Origin: Eledone cirrhosa
Taxonomy: Eukaryota
Assembly: GCA_964016885.1 (NCBI GenBank)
Contig: OZ024759.1
Span: forward strand, 21,638,058 to 21,702,000
Length of the DNA stretch: 63,943 nt
Direction of reading: 5' to 3'
Made by a program: the position numbers and the translations under genes. Shown piece by piece: positions 31,625 through 45,733 of this stretch. Positions within the stretch are counted from its first letter, which is position 1, and each line of letters opens with the position of its first letter. The notes under the pieces are model-generated. The model did not search any database. It was not told where the DNA came from and saw only the letters and a list, made by a program, of their open reading frames with translations.

Positions 31625-31749
31625 AACACACCATGCAGACACGACACACACACTTACCGATGAAAATATCACTAGCAATAACAACAGCTACAACACCAAC
31701 ATCAACAAAACAACAAAACAACAACAACAACAACAATAATAATATTAAT

Positions 31750-32221
31750 AATGAAGATGATGATAATGATGATGATGATAAGAAAGTCGAGGAAGAGCCG
31801 GAGGATAATTAGAATAATGCTTGTGATAATGATGATGATGATGATGATGATAAAGGATGATGATGATGATGTTGATGACGAGGTGGATACTGCTGCTGCT
31901 GCTGATGATGACGACGACGACGACGACGATGCTGCTGCTGATAATGATAATGTTGATGTTGATGTTGATGATGATGATGTTGATGACGAGGTGGATACTG
32001 CTGCTGCTGATGATGATGATGTTGATGACGAGGTGGATACTGCTGCTGCTGATGATGATGATGTTGATGACGAGGTGGATACTGCTGCTGATGACGACGA
32101 CGACGATGATGATGACGATGATGATGATTCTGACGATGCTGCTGCTGATGATGATAATGATAATGTTAATGTTGATGATGATGATGATTTTTATGATCGT
32201 GATTCTGCTGCTGCTGCTGAT
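31750..32221. repeat. (GAT)n/(GCT)n trinucleotide array with a repeated ~42-nt unit
   Basis: GATGTTGATGACGAGGTGGATACTGCTGCTG occurs four times. Confidence 0.9.
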
Positions 32222-32542
32222 ATATTGACGTTGTAATTAACTGGAAATATTAGCACAGCCATCATTAGTTTGGAGGAAATGTACTTCTAATATTTTATAC
32301 GTTGGAATTCCTGCTGAGTCTTGGAGATTTATTACCGAACTTTCGTGATTCTTTGGTTCTATCATTCATACAACCCCCCCCCCCACCAAAAAAAAAAACC
32401 GAAACGAAACCGAGAAGAATACATTTATGTTTATTGATATAATGTCATTTCTTCTTCATTCCTACCCCCCTCTCTCTCTCTCTCTCTAAAAATTAATAAA
32501 AACAATGAATAAAAACAAAGAACAAGTTTCTTATTGTTTTTA

Positions 32543-33975
<1,433 letters not shown>

Positions 33976-34802
33976 ACACTCATCCACCTATCCCATTCAC
34001 ATGCACAAATGCGACGGACATCTGCACAGTTTCCGTCAACCAAATTTCACTCGCATGGTGTTGAAAAAAGAAGAAAAATGAGAAAAGATTTTGACTTGGA
34101 TAACAGAATGCTAAAACAAATACTGCAAAGCTTTCTATCCTCCGACGTTTTAACAACTCTGCCACCTTCCATAAATACATACAAGCATTCTTAAAGCTGA
34201 TTACCAGCAGTGAACCAATTATTAATACCTATTTCTGCTGTATACCCTCAAATAAAAGTCAACCATGAATCGAGGGTCGTAGAAAGTTTCGAATTTCCTA
34301 TAAATCCCAAGCCTTAAATGTGAAATTGGATTGAGGGTAATTATTTGCCAACCCATCAGACGGAGTGTACTTGTAATTTAAAGAGCCAACCAAGTCACAA
34401 ACTATATCATGCTGAATCTCCCTGATAACTACGCTATGGGTACACGTGTCTGTGGAATGCTCAGTCACGTACATGTTAATTATAGAATTGGGATATGATA
34501 GCTGGACAGTTGGAAGGAAAGAGTGGACTGGTACTTACTTTATCAAACCAGAAATGATGAAAGGCAAAGTGGATCACCGTAAGATTTGAACTCAGAAGGC
34601 AGAGCGATCAAACAACTGGAACACTGACTGTCGAAATAGACGGAGACCCATGTTAAATTTTACTCGTGTCTTTTGTCTGTCGACAAAAAAAAAAAAACGT
34701 ATCTTAAGCTATTCCAGTAAGAAACTTCGACAAACTATAGTTTAACTTTTCAAAGAGAGTATGGCGTTGATAAATCTATTAGAATTCTAAATGTAGTTGA
34801 GT

Positions 34803-34843
<41 letters not shown>

Positions 34844-35385
34844 TTTTCTTTCTTCATTTTTTTCGTCTTTATATTCCACTGAATTATTTTTCTGGTGACA
34901 CTATGTTGTTTTTTTTGGCTGTTTTCGTCTCTAGAAATGTTATTTTGGTTCTGTATGTTTTTACAATATGTTATATTTACAAAGTTCCAAATATTCTACT
35001 TAATAATTCTCCAGAGATAAAGCCGAGGGAATGATTCTTTACAAGAGCCAACTTTTTTTTTATTTCATTTTTTTTTTGTATTTTTTTTTTGTATTCAAAA
35101 TTTTTTCAAATAAAAAGCGGCGATTTATGGGGGAGGGACAGGGAACACATGGTATTGGAGAATCGGATAGAATGCCTTATGCTATTTGTTCCGGTTCTCT
35201 GCACTTTCAGTTCGAATCCCACTGAGGTAAAATTTGTCTTTTAGAATTTCAATGACGCTAAATAATTGTTTCTACTTTTGGTACAGCACATGGCCAACAA
35301 CTTTAGGGGAGGCGAGGGGAAAGTCGATAAAATCGATTCCAACTGGTACTTTATTTTACCGACACAGAACAGCATATAAAAATAA

Positions 35386-35574
35386 ATAATTGTTTCTACT
35401 TTTGGCACAAGGCCAGCAATTATCCCAGTGCATTACTGGTATTTTATTTTATTGACCCTGTAAAGAAATAAGACAAAGCTAACCTCGGCAGGATTTAAAC
35501 TCAGAACGTAAATGGCCGTAACTCTATGCTGCAAAGCATGTTGTCCGACGCTCTACCGATACTGCCAATCCATC
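35386..35574 (-). mobile_element. Meta-domain tRNA-SINE
   Basis: Full-length match to the family. Confidence 0.85.
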
Positions 35575-35595
35575 GTCCTTTTCAATGAGACTGAA

Positions 35596-35823
35596 TAATG
35601 GTTTCTGATTTAAGCACAAGGCCAACAACTTAGGGGGAGAGTAAAGTCGATTAAATCGACCCCAGTGCATCATTGGTATTTTATTTGATCGATCTTGTAA
35701 ATATAAGTTAAGTAAATAAAGGCAAAGTTAACCCCAGCGGAATTTGAACTCAGAACTTAAAGGGCTGTAACTATACGCCGCAAAGCATGTTCGACGCTCT
35801 ACCGATTGCTGTCCTATAATCCA
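35596..35823 (-). mobile_element. Meta-domain tRNA-SINE, long subfamily
   Basis: Contains the extra GGGGGAG..AAAGTCGATTAAATCGAC segment. Confidence 0.85.
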
Positions 35824-36122
35824 CGCTATATAATGTACTAGTACTGTGTAGAAGATAGAGGTTTGAACGAGACACCTGACCATGTTTGTCCTTACCGTTA
35901 CCTGGGGAGGAGAAAATCGATGGCGAGGAGAAAGGAGACTTTGATACAAGAGAAATTATACAAGAGTTTCCTATAAATTGTTTCATCGTCTCAGGAGACA
36001 TAATATATAGACTAGAGGTTCTCAAGTGAATAGAAATATGGAGTGAATAGAAATATGTTAAATATGGTACTGTGTAAACAACGATAAAACATGAGTGCAA
36101 TATATACACTCATATATATATA

Positions 36123-36290
36123 TAATTGTTTCTACTTTAGACACAAGGCCAGTGCATTACTGGTACTTTATTTTATCGACCCCGTAAGGATGAAAGGCAA
36201 AGTCAACCTCGGCGGGATTTGAACTCAGATCGTAAAGGGACGTAACTATGCTGGAAAGCATGGCGTCCGACCCTCCACTGATACTGCCAA
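36123..36290 (-). mobile_element. Meta-domain tRNA-SINE, young
   Basis: Family match with a small internal deletion. Confidence 0.88.
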
Positions 36291-36464
36291 ATAGAAGCTT
36301 CGCTGTAATACTTTTTACTATATAGTCAAAAATATTACGACGAGGCCTCTATTTCTATTTCTCCCTCTCTGTTATATATGTATGTATGTATATATATATA
36401 TATATATAAATGAAAGGTATAGAAATTATTGTAGCAAGAAGCCAACAGTATTCCATAATATATA

Positions 36465-36505
<41 letters not shown>

Positions 36506-36507
<2 letters not shown>

Positions 36508-36604
36508 GGGTGCCCCAAAAAGTATATACGCACTTCGACAGCATTCTAATAAATATTGCCTCTACAGTTAATCAAAGTATGTATACATTTTGGGGGACAC
36601 CCTG
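36506..36604. mobile_element. ~100-bp Tc1/mariner-type MITE
   Basis: Imperfect TIRs TAGGGTGCCCCAAAAAGTATATAC / GTATACATTTTGGGGGACACCCTG. Confidence 0.65.
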
Positions 36605-36681
36605 TGTGTGTGTGTGTGTGTGGGGGGGGGGGGGGGAATGAAGTACTTAAGACAACAAAATTTACCTCAAAATACTTCATG

Positions 36682-36770
36682 ATTCTTATAGCAGTTTCGT
36701 CCTGAAGAGAAATCCCAGTGTTCTAATAACTTAGCTTACAGGATTACGAAAACAGGTCTCTTCAGAGAAT
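36682..36770 (-). ncRNA. Degenerate type I hammerhead motif
   Basis: Minus strand: ATTCT-CTGAAGA-GACCTG...CAGGAC-GAAA-CTGCTA-TA-AGAAT. Stem I has 5 bp, stem II has one mismatch, and the stem III loop is not a perfect palindrome. Confidence 0.5.
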
Positions 36771-36935
36771 TTTCTCAAAACCCTAAGAGATTTCGGGTGA
36801 ACTATCGTAACCGATGTCATCTTCAAAAGTGACAACCTCGTCACATGGTATATAGTTCACAAGAAGGGAAGTAATAAATGCCACGTTCAATAATGAAATA
36901 TATTTTAAAGTGAAACCTCAAATTTTCGTACAATT

Positions 36936-37001
<66 letters not shown>

Positions 37002-37179
37002 GAGCGTGAAACTAATAAACCTTTGTTCGTACTGCCTCTCTGTTTTGTTCCCGTTCAATTTTTTACTATATATATATATATATATATATAATATACAATA
37101 TACGAGAAAACGAAGTTTAACTTTAAAATATATTTCATTATTGAACGTGACATGTGTTTCACAGATGATGCACACACAC

Positions 37180-37214
<35 letters not shown>

Positions 37215-37314
37215 CGCACGTGTGTTTTTTTCTCCCTATTTATTTTTCTCATTTCCCCCGTTCCTTCTTATCATGCTTTACTTTCTATTTATCTTCTATT
37301 TCTAACTTTATCTT

Positions 37315-37343
37315 CTGATGAAGGACTAGTGTCCGAAATGTTA
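37315..37343 (+). ncRNA. Minimal hammerhead-like remnant in a Penelope pLTR-like fragment
   Basis: CTGATGA-A-GGAC-TAGT-GTCC-GAAA-TGTTA. Stem I does not pair, so it is probably inactive. Confidence 0.5.
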
Positions 37344-37452
37344 TGCCTCTCTTCCTGCTATTTCAAGTGTTAAACTAATATATTTCTTCTATGTACTGTG
37401 CCGTTTCGTTTGTTAGTTTTGTTATTACTATTTGCCTTTACCCCCCCCCCCC

Positions 37453-37500
<48 letters not shown>

Positions 37501-37972
37501 TTATATTAATCGACTGATTTAGATAATGGGAAAGATAGAAAGAAAAGCCTTGAAAACATATCTGCATGTTATTTTAAGAGATATGGCTTGCAGATATTCG
37601 ACTGTAATACAAGAACTATTTATAAATGGAGGTAAATTGTAGTTGAGGAGAAGAAGGAGGGGTTGTATGAGGACATGTGTTTTAATAGAATGCCATACCG
37701 CTCTCACATCGCTATATCTAAGCCAGTTTCTCTATATACATTACCAGACACCAGTCACATCACAATATGTCCCCCCAGTCTTTCTACATAGATTGTAAAT
37801 TAATTCATGTTCTTTTCTTAATTCTCATTTGAACAGTCTCAGTATGTTATTTTTTCTTCTTTTTTATTTTACTTTAATCTTTCAGCTACTACCACGATTC
37901 AAAATACAACTGTGGTCAACTTTGTTTTACATTGATCTGAGGTCGATAAAAAAAGTACCAGTCAAGTATTGG

Positions 37973-38188
37973 TTTCTTATATAGGCACAGGGCCAGCAAT
38001 TTTGGGGGGAGGAGAAAGTCGATTAAATCGACCCCAGTGCGTCACTTGTACTTTATTTTATCGACCCCGAAAGGATGAAAGGCAAAGTTAACCTGGGTGG
38101 GATTTGAACTCAGATTATAAAGGGCTGTAACTCTATGCTACAAAGCATGGCGTCCGACCCTCTACCGATACTGCCACTCCACCACCCT
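37973..38188 (-). mobile_element. Meta-domain SINE nested in an older plus-strand copy
   Basis: 12-bp TSD GTCAAGTATTGG at 37961-37972 and 38189-38200. Confidence 0.92.
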
Positions 38189-39653
38189 GTCAAGTATTGG
38201 GGTCGAATCTTCCTCTATATCTCTTTTTCGCTTCCATTCTCTCACGGTTTCTACCTTCTCTAGAAGAAATCTGCTGTATTCAGACCTAGAAAGAAGATAG
38301 GCTCCAGCAGGTTTTTAAAATGCACTAGAAACGCCAAATGTCAATGCGGCGCCCTTACGACTCCCTCAGGAGGTACAGGACCATGTATTCATGTATTTAT
38401 GGAGCTGTAACTCCTGATGGGGAGGGGACCGAGCCAACCTCACCTCCATGTGGGAGGTCCCTGAAAAAGTCATTTGTTATAATGATTTGCTAACGACTCT
38501 CTGTGTATGAAAGAAATTAGGTTGATGAAATGATGACACTATACATGCAAACACATGACCTAGTGGTTAGGGTCTTACGATTATAATCTCGATGCAGTAT
38601 AGTAGAATGGTTAAGAATTTTTCTTCGCAATCATCAGGTTCACTCACACTTGATGGTGAAACAAAAGCTTTTTGGTCATTTCTAGTTCCATGATCTTACG
38701 TAAGTTTAGAACGGCTGAATCAGAAATTTCATTTTGTGAGGTCTTCATATTTTTAAACATCCACGCTGAGATACATTTACTGAATAACTCGTTCAAGTAC
38801 AACACACACACACACATAACACACAGATACAGACACACAATACACACACATGCACACACAAACACAACACACATACACACACACATCTTATTTATATATA
38901 TTTCTAAATGACCACTGACGCTATTTTTTAGTTCAAGCTGAGAAAGATGAAAGTGAACATAACAAACTACCTTAGTTTGTGTTTTGAGCTGTAAATATAT
39001 TTTTCTGATCAAAACGAAAAAGAGAAAAGAAAAGAACGTAAACAAATAAAATAGGAAAATTAAAATATAAAACACATTTTTTTCCATTAACAAGTGAGTG
39101 AAAATAAATAATATTTACATCAATTATCCCTTTTGGTAGAACATTCTGCTTCATAAATCTCAGCTGGAGATAATTTTAATGAGTTTAGGAGTAGAGCTAC
39201 ATCACATAGTCTTATAAAATGGCAGTCTAAAACTATAATTTAGAATTACATACTTTTACTACTTTCTGAGGGAAAAAAACCCAACCAGTTTCTGATATTG
39301 TAATTTCTGTTTAAGTCAACTTTACGGTGAAAATATGGTGACCGTTTTGGCAAAGTTCCTATGGAGTTGGATATATGTTCCGGGTCTCTGAGTTCTGAGT
39401 TCAAATCCCACGTCGGTCTACTTTGTCTTTCATTCTGATAAAGAAAGTACCAGTCCAGTACTGGTGCAACCTTCTTTCCTTCCAGCTGTCATATCTTAGA
39501 TGTTCCGCTGGACTAAGTAAGGAACGATTGAGAGGGTATCCGTGTTTGCTCCTGACTGTATGGACATCTAAAACATTTAGCGAAAGCATGGTACATATTA
39601 CCAAGTCAGAATCGATTGCGTGCGGTGGCTGTAGTTTTATGGTGAAAAATAAT

Positions 39654-39828
39654 TGTTCTACTTTTGGCACAAGGCCAGCAATTATCCCAGTGCATTACTG
39701 GTATTTTATTTTATCGACCCCGTAAGGATGAAAGGCAAAGTTAACCTCGGTGGGATTTGAACTCAGACCGTAAAGGGCCGTATCTCTATAGTGCAAAGCA
39801 TGGCGTCCGACCCTCTACCGATACTGCC
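39654..39828 (-). mobile_element. Meta-domain SINE with TSD
   Basis: 13-bp TSD GGTGAAAAATAAT at 39641-39653 and 39829-39841. Confidence 0.92.
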
Positions 39829-39870
39829 GGTGAAAAATAATGACTCAAATTTGGTACTTTTACTGTAATC

Positions 39871-40044
39871 GAGCCCAATACTGGATTGGTACTTTATTTT
39901 ATCGACTCCGGGAGGATGAAAGGCAAAGCTGATTATGGACCGATTTGAAACCACAATGTAGAGGGCCATAACGAAATAGTGTAATGCATTTCACCCGACG
40001 AAATGGGGTTAGGGTTACGTAACCACTGTGCCAAATCCATCGCC
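39871..40044 (-). mobile_element. Meta-domain SINE, older copy
   Basis: GGTACTTTATTTTATCGAC..GGATGAAAGGCAAAG core. Confidence 0.75.
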
Positions 40045-40408
40045 CCTTGAAATCAAAACAAAAAAAGAAGAAAAATATATTTTTTTTAAATTGACTGGTA
40101 CTGCATACGTATTGAGAAGAGCACTATCTCTGTGAGAATGATACCCCCCCCCTGTGTACGTGTGTGTGAGTAGAGCACAATCTCTGTGAGAATGATACCC
40201 ACCCCCCCGCCTTGTGTGGTTGTGTGTGTGTGTGAGTAGAGTACTATCTCTGTAAGAATGATAAGCAGCAGTAAATTATATTCAATGTGGTGTGTTAACT
40301 GGCTTACCAATGTAAACAGTGAATTTATTTGCCCTAGGAGTTAGGAAGACACTCGGCATATATCAGAAATAATACTGAAGGAAAAGGAAAAACGATAATA
40401 ATAATAAT

Positions 40409-40585
40409 AATAATTGTTTCTACTTTAGGCACAAGGCCAGCAATTACCCAGTGCATTACTGGTACTTTATTTTATCGACCCCGTAAGGATGAAAGGCAAA
40501 GTCAACCTCGGCGGGATTTGAACTCAGATCGTGAAGGGACGTAACTATGCTTGAAAGCATGGCGTCCGACCCTCTACCGATACTA
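40409..40585 (-). mobile_element. Meta-domain SINE, young, within (AAT)n
   Basis: Near-identical to 29583-29758; (AAT)n on both sides. Confidence 0.9.
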
Positions 40586-41220
40586 ATAATAATAATAATA
40601 ATAATGTGTGTATAAGTTATTTGCTTCTAGTTATGAAATATTGGTACTGGTCTCCAGAAGACCCGTATAAACCATTGGATTGCTATTTTCTTTTACCAAG
40701 CTCGAAAGGGTGAAATGCAAAGTTCACCTCGACAGGTTTGATCTCAGAGAGAGCAGAGAGCCGGAATGAATACCGTAGAGCAATCTACCCGACGTTCTAA
40801 CGACTGTCATTCACCGCCTGTTACCTTGATTTTGCTCCCAGTAAAGTGTAGTCAACACTGGTGGTCGAAGATTGTGTCACAACAAGATCGCTGCTGTTAG
40901 AGTTTAAAACACAAGCTTTATATTTCAGAATAGTATCTTCACTAATATGACAGGTATAATTTAGTAGATTCAGCTATGAAAATAACGACAACAACAATAA
41001 CAACACTGAAAGTATCTGTAATAAATCAATGAAGGTAATATAAACATTAGGCAAGGATTATATTTTACAGATTTAAATTATTGATGTATGTTTAAAGGCA
41101 GGTGTTATCATGGAGACGTGATTAATTATGGAGAATGTTAAAGCTATCTTATAAGACACAGAATAGAATTTAGATGATTTCTACGTTGTTAGTATCAGTG
41201 TGGACATAATGTGATGATAG

Positions 41221-41404
41221 CTGGTGAAAACTGGTGGAAACTGGTGGTAACTGGTGGGAAAAGGTGAAACTGGTGAAAACTGGTGGAAACTGGTGGGAAA
41301 AGGTGAAACTGGTGGAAACTTGTGGGAAAAGGTGAAACTGGTGGAAACTGGTGGAAACCGGTGAAAAAAGGTGAAACTGGTGGGAACTGGTGGAAACTGG
41401 TGAA
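41221..41404. repeat. ~10-bp minisatellite (ACTGGTGGAA)n
   Basis: Direct inspection. Confidence 0.92.
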
Positions 41405-41450
41405 GTCTGTCGGATTGACCGATTGTACCAGTAATTCAAAAGGGGCAGCT

Positions 41451-42022
41451 TTGTCACAGGCTGTATCACGAGTCGAGTCGCACATTGTGTAACTCGCTGA
41501 CCGCACGTTATGTCACACACTGTATCACACACTGTATCACAGGTGTGTCATATGCTACATCACACACTTTGTCGCGCGCTGCATCACATGATGTGTCACA
41601 TGCTACTTCACGCGCAGTGTCACGATAGCGTGTCACACGCATTATGTCACATGATGTGCACCACATTGTACCACATGATGTGCCACACACTGTACCACAT
41701 GATGTGCCACACACTGTCACATGATGTGCCACACACTGTATCATATGATGTGTCACACACTGTCACATGATGTGCCCCAAGCTGAATGATACGCTGCGTC
41801 ACAAGATATGCCCCACGCTGCGTGACTCGCTGTGCCACACGCTGTGTCACATAATGTGCCCCACGCTGTGTCATAAGATATGCCCACGCTGTGTCACACG
41901 CTGTGTCACACGATATGCCACACGCTGTGTGACTCACTGTATCACACATTGTATCACATAATGTGCCCCACGCTGTATCACAAGATATACCCCATGCTGT
42001 GTGACACGTTGTGCCACACACG
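41451..42022. repeat. 12/24-bp degenerate minisatellite (TGTGTCACACAC / TGTGCCACACGC)
   Basis: Direct inspection. Confidence 0.88.
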
Positions 42023-42204
42023 AGGCATTATATTCGACGGTAGAACGATTCCACAATTTGTCGTTAAGCAGATGTTTTAATATTTGATACCGCCATGCTG
42101 TTTTAGAGTCAATTTGAGAACGAGTAGAGTAAAATGTAAAAAGAAAAGTTAAAATAAAAAATAGAAATAAACAGTAAAAATAAAAATAGAAAACGGGAAA
42201 CGCG

Positions 42205-42495
42205 GTCGTGCCCTTGGCAGTGGAGACTTCTGGTATCCTTGGCCCTCGAGCTACCTCCCTATTCACCACCATAGGCGCTGAGCTGGCCAGCCGCAAGGTG
42301 TGAGCCTCGCGAGTTGGAATGGCTCTTCCAGCGCACCTCCCTTATCATCCTTCGGGGGAAACGCCTTCTCCATTCTGTCCGTGGGGGCCAGCACGTGGGA
42401 CCCAATCTGCTCACCATACGGATTAAGACATATAACCTCTCTTTTTCTTTTATTTACTCTTTTTACTATATCATTTTCTGATAAATAAAAAAAAA
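42205..42495 (+). pseudogene. CRE-clade non-LTR retrotransposon 3' fragment (restriction-like endonuclease C-terminus)
   Basis: With two frameshifts reads VVPLAVETSGILGPRATSLFTTIGAELASRK/CEPRELEWLFQRTSLIILRG/NAFSIL, matching the P-x-A-V-E-T-x-G ... QR-x-S-x-x-I-x-RGNA pattern. Followed by an A-rich tail. Confidence 0.75.
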
Positions 42496-43277
42496 TTGAA
42501 AGCTAAATAAAAAAAAATAGGAATAAACAGTAAAACAAGAAAAAATTGGAACAGCAATAAAAAATAGATACAAAAAAAAATTACTTAAACTAAAGCATTC
42601 CTGTGTGACATTTTGTAATATTTCAAGTCCTATGAAATAGTTATTATCAGTAATACTAACGATGTAATGTTGTGTAGATATTTGCTAATACTTAAGCAGT
42701 TTACACCTGAACTTTCTTAATGTGATAATTTACTAATGTTGTAAGCATTAGTGATGAGACTGTCTTTAATGAGGTGTTATGTCGGAACTGTAGAATAACC
42801 TTAATATCTCCCTCTCTCTAAATACATATTGATCTCAATTACTTGTTTAATTATGTACTTGTATATGTAGCTGTATGTGTATATATGTAGCTCTGTGTGT
42901 GTGTGTGTAGCTGTGTGTGTATGTATGTAGCTGTGTGTGTATATATATGTAGGTTGGTGTGTGTGAGAGTATGTATGTAGGTGTGTGTGTATGTAGCTGT
43001 GTGTGTATATATGTAGCTGTGTGTGTGTGTGTGTATAAGTAGCTCTGTATGTGTGTGTGTATGTATGTAGGTGTGTGTGTATGTGTATATGTAGATGTGT
43101 GTGTGTATGTAGGTATGTGTGTGTATTTAGGTGTGTATGTATGTTGGTGTGTGTGTGTATGTATGTATGTGTGTGTGTGTATGTAGATGTGTGTGTATGT
43201 ATGTAGGTGTGTGTATTATATTGGTGTATGTGAGTATGTAGGTGTGTGTATATAAATATAAATATATATATATATAT

Positions 43278-43462
43278 AACGAAGGAAATGTGGTAAGGAA
43301 CCAGATGGACCATAATGCACCAAAGTACTCAATACTTAGGGTAGTAGAGTGGGTAATAGGAACAAGTATGACTCCGACGGCAGAGCTCAAGCCGTTTCGA
43401 CGGCTAATACTGGAATTAGCCGTCGAAACGGCTTGAGCTCTGCCGCCGGGGCCATACTTGTT

Positions 43463-43467
<5 letters not shown>
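43278..43467 (-). mobile_element. Short (TA)n-embedded element with ~53-bp foldback containing a hammerhead 3' half in each arm
   Basis: Arms ATAGGAACAAGTATG...GACGGCTAAT / ATTAGCCGTC...CATACTTGTTCCTAT around ACTGGA. Confidence 0.85.
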
Positions 43468-43510
<43 letters not shown>

Positions 43511-44424
43511 TATATATATATATTGTTATACTTTGGGAGGGTCATGTTGCCAATAATATATATATATATAATAGTTGTATTAATATGATAATTATGATAA
43601 TTCATGATACTAATAACTGGAGTCGTTAAACCCCTTTACCGGTTGTTTAAAATCTCAATGTAGTGGGGCTCATGCAGAGCTGTTATACATTAATTTCATA
43701 AACACCGAAGATTCAATGCATTATCAAACGGACAAATGTTTCTACTGGCCTAGAATTTCCACCCTTGGGTTATATTATAATTTCACCCCTAGGTTAATAC
43801 GATCTTTTCAAAATACGATCCTCTTTAACTGCAATTCGAAATATGATTCTCTCTAACTCTCACAAACATAGTCATCTCTCCAGCATTGAACTGTTTTTGA
43901 ATGGTGTCTTGAAAATGTTTTTTTTTAAAGTTTAATGAATAATTAATGAGCTGAGTGATTTAATGTAATGAACTGTTATTATATATGAAATATTAATGAA
44001 GGCTTTAATAAACTCTTATGAATCTGATTCAAAATTGACACCTACGCGTTAAATTATAATGTTATAACCAAAGTGTGGACATTCTAGACCGACAGAAACA
44101 TTCGTCAGTTTGATAATATATATTATATAATATATATATTATGTAATATATATATATATATTATACAATATATATATATATATATATATGTTATATATAT
44201 ATATTATGTAATATATATATTACACTATATATATATGTTATATATATATATATATATTATGTAACATATATATTACATAATATATATATATATTATACAC
44301 TATATATGTTATATAATATATGTATATATTACATAATATATATATATACATATATATTATACAATATATATATACTATACATATATATATTATACAATAT
44401 ATAATATAATATAATATATATATA

Positions 44425-44489
<65 letters not shown>

Positions 44490-44490
44490 C

Positions 44491-44770
44491 CAATGTTTGT
44501 CAAACCTTTTACCTTTATTGAACATTTGAAATAGTTTTCATGTCTCAGGGAAACGCTGAATAAAAATTATTATATACCATCATTAATATATATTTCTTTT
44601 ATATTTTTATTGTAGATTACGTGGTAAAAATAATATAGTTTTTCGGATAACTGGTTTATAGTAAAATTACTCAAAAATGCATTAGCTTATTTATCACTGT
44701 TTCTCACGGAACCCCTAGTGACCTCTGGCGGGACCCTAACGTTGCGTGGAACACTGGTTGAGAAACGCAG
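44491..44770. mobile_element. hAT (Charlie-like) MITE remnant
   Basis: Degenerate termini CAATGTTTGTCAAAC / GGTTGAGAAACGCAG, with subterminal CACGGAACCCCT..GTGGAACACTGG. Confidence 0.55.
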
Positions 44771-44986
44771 GTATTCACATACAAATATACATATATATAT
44801 AACACAATAGAAATACACATACATATTTATATATATATATATATGTGTGTGTGTGTCTGTATGCGTGTGTGTGTGTTTGTGTATTTATTTATATATATAT
44901 ATGTATATATATATGTATATATATGCATATATATATGCACATATATATATATATATGCACATATATATATATATACATATATATAT

Positions 44987-45026
<40 letters not shown>

Positions 45027-45698
45027 TAAACAGACATACACACATATAATGTTTTAAAATATTAGAATTACCTGTTAAGCAGTTGCAAATAGCAACAATA
45101 ACATTGTACATTCTCTTATTCTAACATTCCCTTATTCTGTTCAGTAAAACTACAGTATGTAGTAACATCATGTAACTAAAATCTATCCATATTCCCTCAT
45201 TCTCACATTATCTCATTCGCCTATTCTCTTGGTCTCTTATAAAAAAAAAAAGAGCTAACGCCATGTTGAGAGACGCGATGCTGTCAGTGACAAGAAAGAG
45301 AAACATTTTGATGAGGAATAAAATGCAATAAAATAGATTAAATAAAATAATAAAAATAGAAGCTATAGCAAAAGAAAAAAAACTTCTAACCGACAAAAAT
45401 GTCAGTAAAATCCAATTAGCAAATGTAATCACGAAAGGAGAACATAATTACATCTGTCAGCGTCGTCCATGATGAAATTGTATTTTAGCAAGGAGGGGGT
45501 AAAATGGACGACGACTTCGTGGTGTATGTATGTATGTATGTATGTATGTATGTATGTATGTATGTATGTATGTATGTATGTATGTATGTATGTATTTGCA
45601 TATAAAATATATATATAAATAAATATACTTAAACATACACTTATTTGCACATAGGTATACATTCATACATATATTTGTATACATACATTCATAAATTC

Positions 45699-45733
<35 letters not shown>

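Noticed and set aside
31751-32236. Poly-Asp ORF resembling an acidic biomineralisation protein
   Set aside because: It lies wholly inside a trinucleotide array continuous with (CAA)n and (TAA)n repeats, has no signal peptide or splice context, and the overlapping frame is equally open.
40112-40265. Three ~30-nt direct repeats with spacers, superficially CRISPR-like
   Set aside because: The spacers are related low-complexity C/TG runs, there are no cas genes and the context is eukaryotic; this is a simple minisatellite.
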